Of a DNA stretch of 32,000 nucleotides, positions 9,459 through 18,811 are shown piece by piece (positions within the stretch are counted from its first letter, which is position 1; every line of letters starts with the position of its first letter). Both the position numbers and the translations under genes were made by a program. The notes beneath the pieces are model-generated. The model was given only the letters and a program-made list of their open reading frames with translations. It had not been told where the DNA came from and searched no databases. Source of the stretch: Fibrobacter succinogenes subsp. succinogenes S85 (GTDB taxonomy: Bacteria; Fibrobacterota; Fibrobacteria; Fibrobacterales; Fibrobacteraceae); assembly GCF_000146505.1 (NCBI RefSeq), contig NC_017448.1:1590001-1622000 (forward strand), read 5' to 3'.

Positions 9459-9896
9459 ATGATTTGTCCTCAACTAAAACTTGAAAATCAACTATGTTTT
9501 CCGTTGTATGCAGTATCCAAGGAAATCACGCGTCGTTACGCGCCATTCCTGGAGCCGCTCGACCTCACCTACACGCAGTACATCGTAATGCTCGTGCTGT
9601 GGGAAGAGAAAAAATGTAACGTCACTGAACTCGGACAAAAGCTCTACCTCGATTCAGGAACGCTCACACCGCTCCTGAAAAAGCTCGAGAGCAAAGGCTA
9701 CATCATGCGCACCCGCGAAGCAAGCGACGAGCGTTGCCTTTCAGTAAGCCTGACCGATGAAGGTGAAAAGTTGCAGCACAAAGCAGCGAGCGTTCCTAAG
9801 CCCATGGCAAGTTGTGTAAATTTGTCAGAAGACGAAGCAAAGTCGCTTTACTGCACGCTTTACAAAATCTTGGAAAGTCTTAGGAAAGACGCATGA
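9459..9896 (+). CDS. MarR-family regulator, OhrR-like (organic peroxide sensor type)
   Basis: LENQLCFPLYAVSKEITRRY reproduces the OhrR N-terminal sensing-cysteine motif (QLCFxLY). A winged-helix core follows. Confidence 0.8.
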   Translation: MICPQLKLENQLCFPLYAVSKEITRRYAPFLEPLDLTYTQYIVMLVLWEEKKCNVTELGQKLYLDSGTLTPLLKKLESKGYIMRTREASDERCLSVSLTDEGEKLQHKAASVPKPMASCVNLSEDEAKSLYCTLYKILESLRKDA

Positions 9897-10432
9897 TAAA
9901 AATATTGTTCGTATGTCACGGGAACATCTGCAGAAGCCCGATGGCAGAATTTGTAATGAAAAAGTTGGTACGCGATATTAGTTCGTCCGCAAAACATGTT
10001 ACGACGAACAGCGCATTGACTGCCGCAGACTTTGAGATTGCATCTGCAGCGACAAGCACCGAAGAAATCGGAAATCCGGTGTACCCGCCCGCAAGACGTA
10101 TGCTCGCCAGTCACGGCATTGACTGCAGCGGAAAAACGGCCCGACAAATGACCGTCGCTGACTACAATCATTACGATTACATCGTGCTCATGGATCAAAA
10201 TAACCTGCGGAATCTCCGTTGGATTTTACCCCGCGACATTTACGAACGAGAACTTGCGCAATACAAAGATGCGCGCGATTCACGAGTCGGCAAAGTTTCG
10301 CTCCTCATGGATTGGGCGGGCAAAAACCGCGACGTTGCAGATCCTTGGTACACAGGCGATTTCAACGCCACTTGGCAAGACGTCAACGAAGGCTGTACCG
10401 CCTTGCTACAGCACATTTTGAAAAATTCATAG
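9893..10432 (+). CDS. low-molecular-weight protein-tyrosine phosphatase
   Basis: It has the ILFVCHGNICRSPMAE P-loop (CX5R-S) and a C-terminal DPWY motif. Its start overlaps the upstream stop as ATGA. Confidence 0.85.
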   Translation: MIKILFVCHGNICRSPMAEFVMKKLVRDISSSAKHVTTNSALTAADFEIASAATSTEEIGNPVYPPARRMLASHGIDCSGKTARQMTVADYNHYDYIVLMDQNNLRNLRWILPRDIYERELAQYKDARDSRVGKVSLLMDWAGKNRDVADPWYTGDFNATWQDVNEGCTALLQHILKNS

Positions 10433-10455
10433 ACTCCTCATAGACTCCTACAAAG

Positions 10456-10486
10456 AAGCCGGCTCCATAAGGAACCGGCTTTTTGG
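10456..10486 (+). terminator. intrinsic terminator
   Basis: AAGCCGGCTCC-ATAA-GGAACCGGCTT (one mismatch) followed by TTTTGG, downstream of the 10432 stop. Confidence 0.65.
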
Positions 10487-10526
10487 CACAAGTTTTAAAC
10501 AAACTTTAGCGAATAAAGTTTTTAAT

Positions 10527-12452
10527 CTATTTCACCGAAATTCGCAACATTTTTCCGCCCGTTTGAGGCTTTGCAATGTAGGTTCCAGGGCGCTTCACCG
10601 TAGCTGTAATTTTTGAGCGCAAACTTTCGGAGCCGAACGCCTTCAATTTTGCAACAAGGCGACCTTGCATATCGAACACATCATAACTAGCCTCATGCGG
10701 AACAGCGTGCAGCGTAGGCTTTCCAATCGCAATCGTCTTTTCGCTTTCAAAGTTCAGCCAGTCGATATTGACGTAGTTTCCGACAATTTCAAGCTTGAGC
10801 ACATGTTCGCCCGCCGAAAGACTCACCTTCCCGGCATCGACAGTCGAATAAGTTTCCCAGTCCGCGCCTTGCGGGAACGCGACATTGTCCAAGGCGACCT
10901 TGCCATCGACATACAGCTTCATGCCCGTATTTTCCGAAGAAGTCGCATAGCGGACTGAAACCGCATAATCTTCTTTTTCAGCAACTTTCACAGTGTACTC
11001 AAGCCATTCGCCCTCTTGCGTGTAACCAACGGCATAGCCATCGCCGGCCTTCACGATATCAACAGCGTCTTCGCGATATTCACCACCCTTGTTGTCATCA
11101 TCCAAATCAAGATAAGCCTTGCCCGAACCGCCTACATCGTAATTTTCGACTTCGACTTTACCAGGAATCTCCATAGCCGTATCCTTGTAAGGGGCTTGCG
11201 GAATAATCGGCGTGATATACACACGATAGCCATACTTTGTATTCGTGATATTTACAGGCACCGTAATCTTTCCGCCACTTACATCGTAATCCTTATTTGA
11301 TACAGTCGTGGTCGAAGGCACTGCCTTGTCCTTATTTTCCCATACAACATATTCAACAGAGACATTTACCTGACTGCCAAATTCTGCAGGGATGCCCGAA
11401 ATATTCACATTCACATCGCCCTTGGTGTTGCCGCCAAGCACGATACTTGCAAAGCCCTTCTTCTTGTCGAGAGCGGCAAAACCGTCCACGCCATCGCTCT
11501 TGTCGTTCGGCGGGGTCACTTTAGCCATGTAACCGCTCATGTCGCCATACCACTTATAAAGCCACCAGCCGCCACCACGTTCATTGTCCTTGGTGAGAAG
11601 GCTCCCCAAACGACCTGGAAGCGGTACAAACCACCAGGAAATCATTGCGCTTTCGACGCCGTGACGTTCAAACTTTGCAATAAACGGCACAGACAAACCC
11701 GGGCAACCTTCTTCGGAATGCTCCGTCGAAGAATATTCGTTGATGCTCAGCGGACGCGGAGTCACGTTATACTTTTTTTCAAGCGCGCGGTAGGTTTCGA
11801 CAGCTCCAACAAAGCCACCACTCCCCCACTGGTGCCAGCTCACGACATCGGGCAAGCAGTTATTCTGTGCACAATACTTGATAAACGCTTCCATTTGCGA
11901 AGCGTGGTAGAAAGAGTACGAAGGGCCGATAATCTTTGCACCAGGGTCCATCTGCCGAATCAAATCGTAAGTCTGTTTCCAGAGACCGGAATTGAAGTCG
12001 ATATTCGATTTCCAAGTGTCATTCGGCTCGTTCCAGATTTCGTAACCGTCAAAATTCTTGTTGTTTGATTTAAGCTTGTCGTTGATGACCGATTTTACTT
12101 CATTTTTCCAGTGGTCCATATTCTGGAACTTGTACGGCCATCCCGGCAAAACGTCAGCAAGGCGAATCTGAATTTTCGCACCAATGCTTTCGACACGGGG
12201 AGCCACAAGGAAAGCCCCACCAATCGGCTGTTGGCGACCGTTACCGCTGCGCGCCGGAGAAAGGAACACGTTCGGCTTGAGCGGGGCGACATCACGCTCG
12301 ATATTGCTCGGAAGACTCTCAGTAAGGCCATAAAGCGAGCCCGTCGCCACATGCGTCACCGGCTTGATGCTATCGCCAAGACTTACACCCAGATTCACCG
12401 CGGCCTGAGAAGCAGAAACCGCCAAAAATACAAAGAGAAATTTGTTTTTCAT
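10527..12452 (-). CDS. secreted clan GH-A glycoside hydrolase with CBM6-like module and T9SS-type C-terminal sorting domain
   Basis: It has a signal peptide (MKNKFLFVFLAVSASQA). EIWNEPN is the candidate acid/base Glu and SINEYS the candidate nucleophile Glu. The CBM6-like segment is VEVENYD...GYTQEGEWLEYTV...VRYA. The C-terminus YDVFDMQGRLV...GTYIAK...RISVK is like Por_Secre_tail. The GH family was not assigned. Confidence 0.8.
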   Translation of the reverse strand: MKNKFLFVFLAVSASQAAVNLGVSLGDSIKPVTHVATGSLYGLTESLPSNIERDVAPLKPNVFLSPARSGNGRQQPIGGAFLVAPRVESIGAKIQIRLADVLPGWPYKFQNMDHWKNEVKSVINDKLKSNNKNFDGYEIWNEPNDTWKSNIDFNSGLWKQTYDLIRQMDPGAKIIGPSYSFYHASQMEAFIKYCAQNNCLPDVVSWHQWGSGGFVGAVETYRALEKKYNVTPRPLSINEYSSTEHSEEGCPGLSVPFIAKFERHGVESAMISWWFVPLPGRLGSLLTKDNERGGGWWLYKWYGDMSGYMAKVTPPNDKSDGVDGFAALDKKKGFASIVLGGNTKGDVNVNISGIPAEFGSQVNVSVEYVVWENKDKAVPSTTTVSNKDYDVSGGKITVPVNITNTKYGYRVYITPIIPQAPYKDTAMEIPGKVEVENYDVGGSGKAYLDLDDDNKGGEYREDAVDIVKAGDGYAVGYTQEGEWLEYTVKVAEKEDYAVSVRYATSSENTGMKLYVDGKVALDNVAFPQGADWETYSTVDAGKVSLSAGEHVLKLEIVGNYVNIDWLNFESEKTIAIGKPTLHAVPHEASYDVFDMQGRLVAKLKAFGSESLRSKITATVKRPGTYIAKPQTGGKMLRISVK

Positions 12453-12470
12453 ACCACATCCTTTTTACCA

Positions 12471-12500
12471 CAATAAAAAATACCCCCATAAAGGGGGTAT
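12471..12500 (-). terminator. intrinsic terminator of the thioredoxin-like gene
   Basis: ATACCCCC/GGGGGTAT 8-bp stem. On the minus strand it is followed by TTTTTTATTG. Confidence 0.7.
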
Positions 12501-12539
12501 TTCTGCAATTTGAGCGTTTTTATTGTCGGATTGACAAAA

Positions 12540-13322
12540 CTACTTGCAAGTAAATCCCTGCAACTCAAGCCCGGCCCGCATTTCGCCGTAAGTCGAAGTG
12601 CGCTTCATGTCCATCGCCTTCATGAATCGGCAATCATTGTCGATATGCATCTGGAAACCCGTCATCGTCGGGGTCACCTCGCCCTTGCCGCTTGCACGGA
12701 TATGTTCCATCATTTGGTCGCGCTTGTCAAACTGTTCCGGCGGCACAAACACGTCCGTCACGATATCGACATTTTCAATTTCTGAATCGCCGAACACAAA
12801 CGAAATCGTCACAAGATTCTTGAGTCCATTGAACTGGCCATCCACCTTGCAGACAAGATTCTTGTGCGCATTCTTCTTTTTCGGTTTGTTCTTTGCCCTT
12901 TGCGTAGCATTCGGCTTCGGCGTGTAATCCAAAGCGCTCAGAAGTTCAGGCTCCTTGACAACGCCCACGCGCTGGTTGACAATGCGACCGTCCTTGATAA
13001 AAAAGAACGTCGGAAACGCCTGAATCGGGAGCGTATTCTTGATTTTCTCGATATTAGGCTCGTCAATCCCGATAGACGCGATCTTGATATCGCTGTAATT
13101 TTTTGCAATACCGATAAGCGTCGGAATCATGACAAGGCACGGCGGGCAGCTCGTCGACGAAACTTCAAGAATCACAGGCTTCTTGGAATGCAGAATTTCC
13201 TTTTCGAAATTGTCATCGTTGATTTTAACGATTTTAATATCTTCGGACGCCCCCGCCGCAAGAACCGCAGACACAACAAAGATAGCGACCTTCATCGCCA
13301 AATTTTTTCTTAAGCCGTTCAT
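12540..13322 (-). CDS. secreted thioredoxin-fold protein with an uncharacterised C-terminal domain
   Basis: The start was placed at ATG 13322 (MNGLRKNLAMKVAIFVVSAVLAAGAS, a signal peptide). It has a CPPC redox motif in a Trx-like context (VILEVSSTSCPPCLVMIPTL). About 130 C-terminal residues have no family I can name. Confidence 0.7.
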   Translation of the reverse strand: MNGLRKNLAMKVAIFVVSAVLAAGASEDIKIVKINDDNFEKEILHSKKPVILEVSSTSCPPCLVMIPTLIGIAKNYSDIKIASIGIDEPNIEKIKNTLPIQAFPTFFFIKDGRIVNQRVGVVKEPELLSALDYTPKPNATQRAKNKPKKKNAHKNLVCKVDGQFNGLKNLVTISFVFGDSEIENVDIVTDVFVPPEQFDKRDQMMEHIRASGKGEVTPTMTGFQMHIDNDCRFMKAMDMKRTSTYGEMRAGLELQGFTCK

Positions 13323-13403
13323 TTTCGTTTCCTTAGGTTTGATGATAAGATACAAAAAAGCCGACCCTGCGGCCGACTTTTCCATCCATTCTAAGGATTT
13401 AGA

Positions 13404-13898
13404 TTACTTTGCGCAACCCGTGCCGAGAGTCCCCATCATCACACTCACACACTGGGCTTCTATCGCCGCCGCTTCTGCACTGCCTGCCGGATATTCAAGG
13501 CATTCGCCAAAGACCCCCGGGACATCGCAAGAAACCATCGCACCCGTTGCCGGAGTATCAGTAGTGGGCGTGCCTGTAGCAGGCGTATCAGTTGCAGGAG
13601 GATTCGTGGCCGGAGCTGCATTTTCGCAACCCGCCACAGGATTGCCCAAAGTCTGCATATCCCACTGAGCGCCATTGCATTGAGCCAATTCAGAATAACC
13701 CGTAACAACGACCGTTGCGCACTTGTTCACAGTCTGGGAACAAGTGTAGTTGTTATCCAGATCAAAGAACTTATCAACACTCGCCGGGAGTGTATCCTGT
13801 TTTGGACCGGCAGCCGGAGCGTTTGGCGAACTATCGTCACTACAGGCAACAAACGAAGCCATAGCAATGGCAGCAATAGGAAGAATCAGTTTTCTCAT
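13404..13898 (-). CDS. lipoprotein with Pro/Thr-rich linker
   Basis: Lipobox MRKLILPIAAIAMASFVAC, the low-complexity run NPPATDTPATGTPTTDTPATG, and several Cys residues. Confidence 0.7.
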   Translation of the reverse strand: MRKLILPIAAIAMASFVACSDDSSPNAPAAGPKQDTLPASVDKFFDLDNNYTCSQTVNKCATVVVTGYSELAQCNGAQWDMQTLGNPVAGCENAAPATNPPATDTPATGTPTTDTPATGAMVSCDVPGVFGECLEYPAGSAEAAAIEAQCVSVMMGTLGTGCAK

Positions 13899-14315
13899 AA
13901 TGTGTACTCCTTAAAATAATTGGTAGGGATAAACTATAAAAAATACGAACAAAAAACAACAGATAAAGTGTTGAAATTTGTATTCAGATATCAAGCAGAT
14001 TAATTTGGTCCCCAGTGGTGACACATTTCAACTAGCTATCCAACAACACCCACAAGAAGGTGGATGCGTCCCATCGCGGATGCACATACGGGCCATAAGG
14101 CCTATGCCGACTGTCACAGGGATTTTCGTAATCTCAGGCAAAATGCGCAGAAACAATTCTGCACATTTGCACACCAACAATATAAGTTATCAAAAGTTCT
14201 CTGTCAAGAGGTTCCAAGCCCCCAAAACTCAACTTCTTCGAAATTCGTCCCATAACTCGGAGCCATTGTATCTCAAGCATAAAGAATCTAAATTCTTCTA
14301 CAGGGAAAAAATAAC

Positions 14316-14618
14316 ATGTTCAATGCATCACTTTCATGGATCAAAAGCAAACAAGTCTTCCTGAAAATTCAGGCGGGCACGGGAGACAATTTGCAGCAAG
14401 AAGACATCCAAAAAGGATTTGTCGATTATTGTCTTTGGTCTACTTTCAAGCCGGAAAATATAGACATAGACGGGGAACTTGATATGGAAAGCATCGACAG
14501 CGGAATGGTCCTGTTCAGGGAAAACTGCACCCCCGGAGAGGCGCTGGAATCGAGCTGCCGGCAAGCCTTCGGCACCGACTTCGACAAGGACGATGTTATG
14601 GTACTGATGCTGAAATGA
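14316..14618 (+). CDS. hypothetical protein (100 aa)
   Basis: Only an ORF with protein-like acidic composition. No recognisable motif. Confidence 0.35.
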   Translation: MFNASLSWIKSKQVFLKIQAGTGDNLQQEDIQKGFVDYCLWSTFKPENIDIDGELDMESIDSGMVLFRENCTPGEALESSCRQAFGTDFDKDDVMVLMLK

Positions 14619-14655
14619 CACCTTTCCCGAATAAGGAAATAGAAATCCAAAAATG

Positions 14656-14973
14656 TTATCGGGTTTGTAAAAGCAATCTTTTTACTTTTGTGGTGAATTC
14701 TTCAAATGAAATATTTTTCCATTGATGATGATAGTTGCTTACCGCTTCGGAAACCGGACGTTTATTGTAGCCCTCTCGCCATTCATAGAAAACATCAAAT
14801 TCATCTCGGCGTTGTTTGAGATATTGATTGTCAGGACCGCCAAGTTTGACGGAAATATCTTTAAACGCTCTAGTGAATGTTTCATACCCTAAAGCGGATT
14901 TCGCCTTTTCATTAAACTTCGCAAAATAGTACGCAACAAAAGATTTGTGTTCATTGATTTCTTCTTGAGTCAT
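14656..14973 (-). CDS. hypothetical protein (105 aa), resembles the small helical N-terminal module seen on some HNH/McrA-type restriction proteins
   Basis: YYFAKFN...ALGYETFTRAFKDISVKLGG...YLKQRRDEFD. The resemblance is from memory of that module and is not verified. Confidence 0.5.
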   Translation of the reverse strand: MTQEEINEHKSFVAYYFAKFNEKAKSALGYETFTRAFKDISVKLGGPDNQYLKQRRDEFDVFYEWREGYNKRPVSEAVSNYHHQWKNISFEEFTTKVKRLLLQTR

Positions 14974-15152
14974 ATAAATTCCTTTTTATGGATAAACTGT
15001 TATCTTCTAATTGTCATAACCACGCCACGTAGTGCACAATATAAAAATATCCTCCCCCTCGCTTAGGAACTCTGCCCCTAAAACCTCGCTTGACCGCAGA
15101 CAACCATTAGAGTATTTTAAACAAAGTCAAACATTCTCCGGAGACCCGCCAA

Positions 15153-15614
15153 ATGCAAGGTAAACCGTCACACTACTTCGTCATCCGCTCGCCGTACGTC
15201 CAGCTAGTGCTTACCGGCGTAAAGACATTTGAATGGAGGACAAACGCAAAAATGTTTGCGAACAAGCGCCTCGCCGTCGCAGTCTCCAAATCTCGCGCCC
15301 ATGAAGACGACCTGCAAAACGACATCGCCAAGTGGGAAAAACTGTGGAGCAAATTCCTGAAGAAAGCGACCGCAAAAGACCGCGAAACCGCGCTCGCAAA
15401 ACTCAAGAGAAACCGCGCCAAGGCCGAAAAGCTGTTCGACAAGACAAACGGATGCGGCATGATTATCGGCGAAATCGTGACGGGCGACGTCGCCACCTAC
15501 GAAGGACTCCTGGGCGTTCCCGTACTGGAATTCAAACTCTGGCCGGAATCCGAATGGATGGAATCTCCCGGCGGCCTCGGCGTACGACACATGCCAGAGA
15601 GGACAGGGGAATAA
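15153..15614 (+). CDS. ASCH (PUA-like) domain protein with a charged helical insertion
   Basis: IRSPYVQLVLTGVKTFEWRTN fits the ASCH opening (xxGxKTxExR). An insert of about 55 aa rich in Lys/Glu/Ala (HEDDLQNDIAKWEKLW...RAKAEKLFDK) comes before the distal beta strands (GMIIGEIVTGDV). Confidence 0.55.
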   Translation: MQGKPSHYFVIRSPYVQLVLTGVKTFEWRTNAKMFANKRLAVAVSKSRAHEDDLQNDIAKWEKLWSKFLKKATAKDRETALAKLKRNRAKAEKLFDKTNGCGMIIGEIVTGDVATYEGLLGVPVLEFKLWPESEWMESPGGLGVRHMPERTGE

Positions 15615-15786
15615 AACTCTTTCCTATTTCGGCAAATGTGAGTTATCTCAAAGATGATCAAATCGTTTGTATAGCCATTGGTTTACATCCTAATTGAAAC
15701 CCAAGACGAAAATGGCGCAGCCGGAGTTTTACTTGTACTCTTTAAAGAGATGTTTTAGCTTAATTATTATAATTCTAGAAATGTTC

Positions 15787-15815
15787 TTGACAATTACATT
15801 GACTATTTATATATT
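15787..15815 (+). promoter_or_regulatory. sigma70-like promoter of the methyltransferase gene, near-leaderless
   Basis: TTGACA (15787-92), 17-nt spacer, TATATT (15810-15), and ATG only 8 nt further (15824). The -35 region contains a direct repeat TTGACAAT / TTGACTAT. Confidence 0.4.
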
Positions 15816-15823
15816 ATACACAT

Positions 15824-17080
15824 ATGAGCAGTAAGATAAATTTAGTAGAAGACCAAATAAGAAAGTCGGACAAGATTCCTAAGATTGTCGCACTAAGCTT
15901 TTTTTCTGGCGCCATGGGACTTGACATAGGCTTATCGAAAGCAGGTATAAAGGTTTTGCTTGCATCCGAAATAGAACCAAATGCAAGACGAACAATTCTA
16001 ACGAATGAGCCGAACATTGGTCTCATAGGTGATATAAGCGATTATTCTGCCGAAGACATCAGAAAATACGCTAATTTACCTAAGAATCAAGAAATTGATG
16101 TAATGGTAGGAGGCCCTCCATGCCAAGCGTTTTCCACCGCAGGTAAGAGAGAGAGTTTTTCCGATGCACGCGGAAACGTGTTCCTCACCTACATTGACCG
16201 TATCCTTGAATTACGCCCTAAGTACGCAGTAATTGAAAATGTTCGAGGCCTCTTATCCGCCGCTTACAACCCGCCTAAAAAAGAAAGTTTCGGATTCGCA
16301 ATGCCAACTCCTAAAAATGAAAAGGGGGGAGCATTAGCTTATATCATAAAAAAATTGGAAGATGGTGGATATGGGGTTTCATTCAATTTATACAATGCTG
16401 CAAATTATGGAGCACCCCAAAAAAGAGAACGAATAGTCATTATTTGTTCGCGAGACGGTTCAAAAGCGCCGTATTTGACCCCGACTCATTCGGAAACGGG
16501 CTTGTTCAATTTACCCAAATGGCGAACCGTTTCCGAAGTGTTGAACGACCTAGATGAAAATGTCCAGGAATATTCAAAATTCTCCGAAAAAAGACTAAAG
16601 TTCTTCAGAATGCTGAAGGCCGGCCAGTATTGGAAAGACCTCCCCGAAGAAGCCCAAAAAGAAGCAATGGGTTCAAAACTGCAACTTGGCGGTGGAAAGA
16701 CAGGGTTCTTTAGAAGATTGGCTTGGGATTTGCCTTCTCCTACGTTGGTAACAGACCCGACAATGCCGGCTACAGATTTATGCCATCCTGATAAGGATCG
16801 TCCTTTGAGTGTTCAAGAGTACAAACGAATTCAAGAATTTCCTGACGATTGGAAGCTTTGTGGTGACATCAAAGCCAAATACAAACAGGTTGGAAATGCC
16901 GTGCCAGTTAGCTTAGGCATGGCAATAGGTAAGCACATTGTGAAATTGCTTGAAGGAAAAAAAGTCAAACAAATTGAAGGATTCCCGTATTCTCGCTATG
17001 TAAACACGGATGTAGACACATTCAAAAAACTGGTAATGTCTAAGAAAGAAATAGTAGGTCAGTTAGAATTGAATTTCTGA
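15824..17080 (+). CDS. DNA (cytosine-5)-methyltransferase
   Basis: All diagnostic motifs are present: I FFSGAMGLDIG, IV GGPPCQAFS, VI ENVRGL, VIII QKRERIVII, X GNAVPVSL. Confidence 0.95.
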   Translation: MSSKINLVEDQIRKSDKIPKIVALSFFSGAMGLDIGLSKAGIKVLLASEIEPNARRTILTNEPNIGLIGDISDYSAEDIRKYANLPKNQEIDVMVGGPPCQAFSTAGKRESFSDARGNVFLTYIDRILELRPKYAVIENVRGLLSAAYNPPKKESFGFAMPTPKNEKGGALAYIIKKLEDGGYGVSFNLYNAANYGAPQKRERIVIICSRDGSKAPYLTPTHSETGLFNLPKWRTVSEVLNDLDENVQEYSKFSEKRLKFFRMLKAGQYWKDLPEEAQKEAMGSKLQLGGGKTGFFRRLAWDLPSPTLVTDPTMPATDLCHPDKDRPLSVQEYKRIQEFPDDWKLCGDIKAKYKQVGNAVPVSLGMAIGKHIVKLLEGKKVKQIEGFPYSRYVNTDVDTFKKLVMSKKEIVGQLELNF

Positions 17081-17151
17081 TTATTACCATAAAGAGTCAT
17101 AGTAATCGTCCATAGAATTGTAGTGAGATTTGAAATCGCGAACCAAGTCGT

Positions 17152-18021
17152 TTATTTTTTCTCTATTTCTTTTACTATGCCTGAATCATGCAAAACAGCA
17201 TCTGCTGCATTGCGTATGTTTTTTGAGAGTGTTGAATGATATTGTCCTTTGCCAGATATGTGCTCCCACAATTCTCTTCCCACAAAAGTTTTTTTCTTCC
17301 AATCTTTGACATAAGTTTCTAGCAATTTAGAAGTGACGGTCGCTGCGTTTTTCTTGCCGTAGGTAATGCCAATATACGCTTTATTGCCTTTTTTTTCAAC
17401 GCTGGATAGTTCTTCATCATAATGCTTAATCTGCCCCTTATCTAAATCGTTGAATCCACTTTTTATTTCAAAGAATGTCTTTTCTCCATCTTTATCTATC
17501 ACTAAATCGAACTTAGTTTTTTTGCCTTCGTTATAGTTCTTGCCATCATATATATGTTCATTTGAATATAAAAGCAGGTCTTGGACAAGAAAGCCCATGG
17601 ATGTCACGATACTTCTGGAAACAGCTTGATATGTATAAAATTTGATAAAATCTTTTGGATTGTCAAATTTCAATGCATAACATAATAAGGGATTTGTATT
17701 TAGATCATTTATTGTAATTTCTTTAATCTTTTCCAGCTGTTTTGCTATAAATTTTTTTGTAAAAAGCTGTATAAAGTTTTCTTCTATTGTGCAATCATTA
17801 TTTATTTCTTTTTGCAGTTCTTCTATAGCTTTTATTTCCTTTTGTGTTAATTTTTTCCCGTTTGGGAGGGGGCTAATTTCGTTCACAGACGCTTGTTTAA
17901 ATTTTTCTAGCGAAGAATATTGGGACTTGATTATTTCCAGTTTTTCTTTGAAAGAACGACTCGAACTCGTCATATGAATTAGACATCCTTTTTTTATGAA
18001 TTCAGATACAGAGGCCGCCAT
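17152..18021 (-). CDS. PD-(D/E)xK nuclease-like protein, candidate restriction endonuclease (second of two)
   Basis: FDLVIDKDGEKTFFEIKSG gives a D...E-x-K catalytic signature. It is AT-rich like its neighbours and convergent with the methyltransferase. An alternative start lies at 17973 (MTSSSR). Confidence 0.55.
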   Translation of the reverse strand: MAASVSEFIKKGCLIHMTSSSRSFKEKLEIIKSQYSSLEKFKQASVNEISPLPNGKKLTQKEIKAIEELQKEINNDCTIEENFIQLFTKKFIAKQLEKIKEITINDLNTNPLLCYALKFDNPKDFIKFYTYQAVSRSIVTSMGFLVQDLLLYSNEHIYDGKNYNEGKKTKFDLVIDKDGEKTFFEIKSGFNDLDKGQIKHYDEELSSVEKKGNKAYIGITYGKKNAATVTSKLLETYVKDWKKKTFVGRELWEHISGKGQYHSTLSKNIRNAADAVLHDSGIVKEIEKK

Positions 18022-18106
18022 TTTTCTTTAATCTACGATGCAAAAAAATGTTTTTTTATTTAACGTATCAAGACACGCGTTTCCTATAATCAATTGTAAA
18101 AGGGAT

Positions 18107-18811
18107 TTATGTTCTATAATTAAGTATTTTCTGGATAGCTTCGCATTCAGCTAAATCCACGTATAAACACTTTGGATTCATTATAACAACAGCTCGTGCA
18201 AACTGAATAAATTCTTCCTCACTGAGTTTGTCACTTGCTGGTATGCCAAGCATTGTATTGAGAGCCCCCCATTCTGTTTGCCCCGTCCTTGAGCTAAGAC
18301 GATACCATTTTTGAATGGTTGTGCCTGCTCGTATTTTATCGCTGGAGCTGTTTTCTGTATTGTCTTTGTTTTTAATCTGAATCAGGTCGCCGTTTTTATT
18401 GCACAAGTCAACAGCTTTGATGCAGCTGCCCCAGCAAGTGGCCCATCCATATTTTAGTACTTTCGTATGGATATATTCCTCGAGAATCAAACCGATTATA
18501 TTTTCGGCTCCCATTGAAAGCCTGTGGCCAAAACGAATAAGAGCAATGTCATTAGGGGTAAAAGATTTTATTCGTGCTCCAATAAGATTGTCTATCAGTT
18601 TATCCGGTACCGTAGTCATTTTTCCAGATATTCGTTTTGATGGCCTATGGTTGTAGGCATTGAAGAATTTGTTTATGAACGATTCAACATCTGCTTGACT
18701 TGCGTTTGAATTTTGTTGTAACCAAACAGGAGTTACAATTTTGAATCCGGATTCTTCCGTTTCCTCTGAATAATATTGATTTGCAAGTTCTATTATTTCT
18801 GATGTGTTCAT
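18107..18811 (-). CDS. candidate type II restriction endonuclease, translationally coupled to the controller protein
   Basis: Its start overlaps the C-gene stop as ATGA (18808-18811). AVDLCNKNGDLIQIKNK is a PD-(D/E)xK-like D...x-I-K segment. Size (234 aa) is typical of a type IIP REase. Confidence 0.55.
   Translation of the reverse strand: MNTSEIIELANQYYSEETEESGFKIVTPVWLQQNSNASQADVESFINKFFNAYNHRPSKRISGKMTTVPDKLIDNLIGARIKSFTPNDIALIRFGHRLSMGAENIIGLILEEYIHTKVLKYGWATCWGSCIKAVDLCNKNGDLIQIKNKDNTENSSSDKIRAGTTIQKWYRLSSRTGQTEWGALNTMLGIPASDKLSEEEFIQFARAVVIMNPKCLYVDLAECEAIQKILNYRT

Noticed and set aside
13978-14364. 128-aa ORF in the 13.9-14.3 kb gap
   Set aside because: It has a non-ATG start and His/Gln/Ser/Arg-rich composition unlike a protein. 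It has no RBS and overlaps the start of a better ORF.
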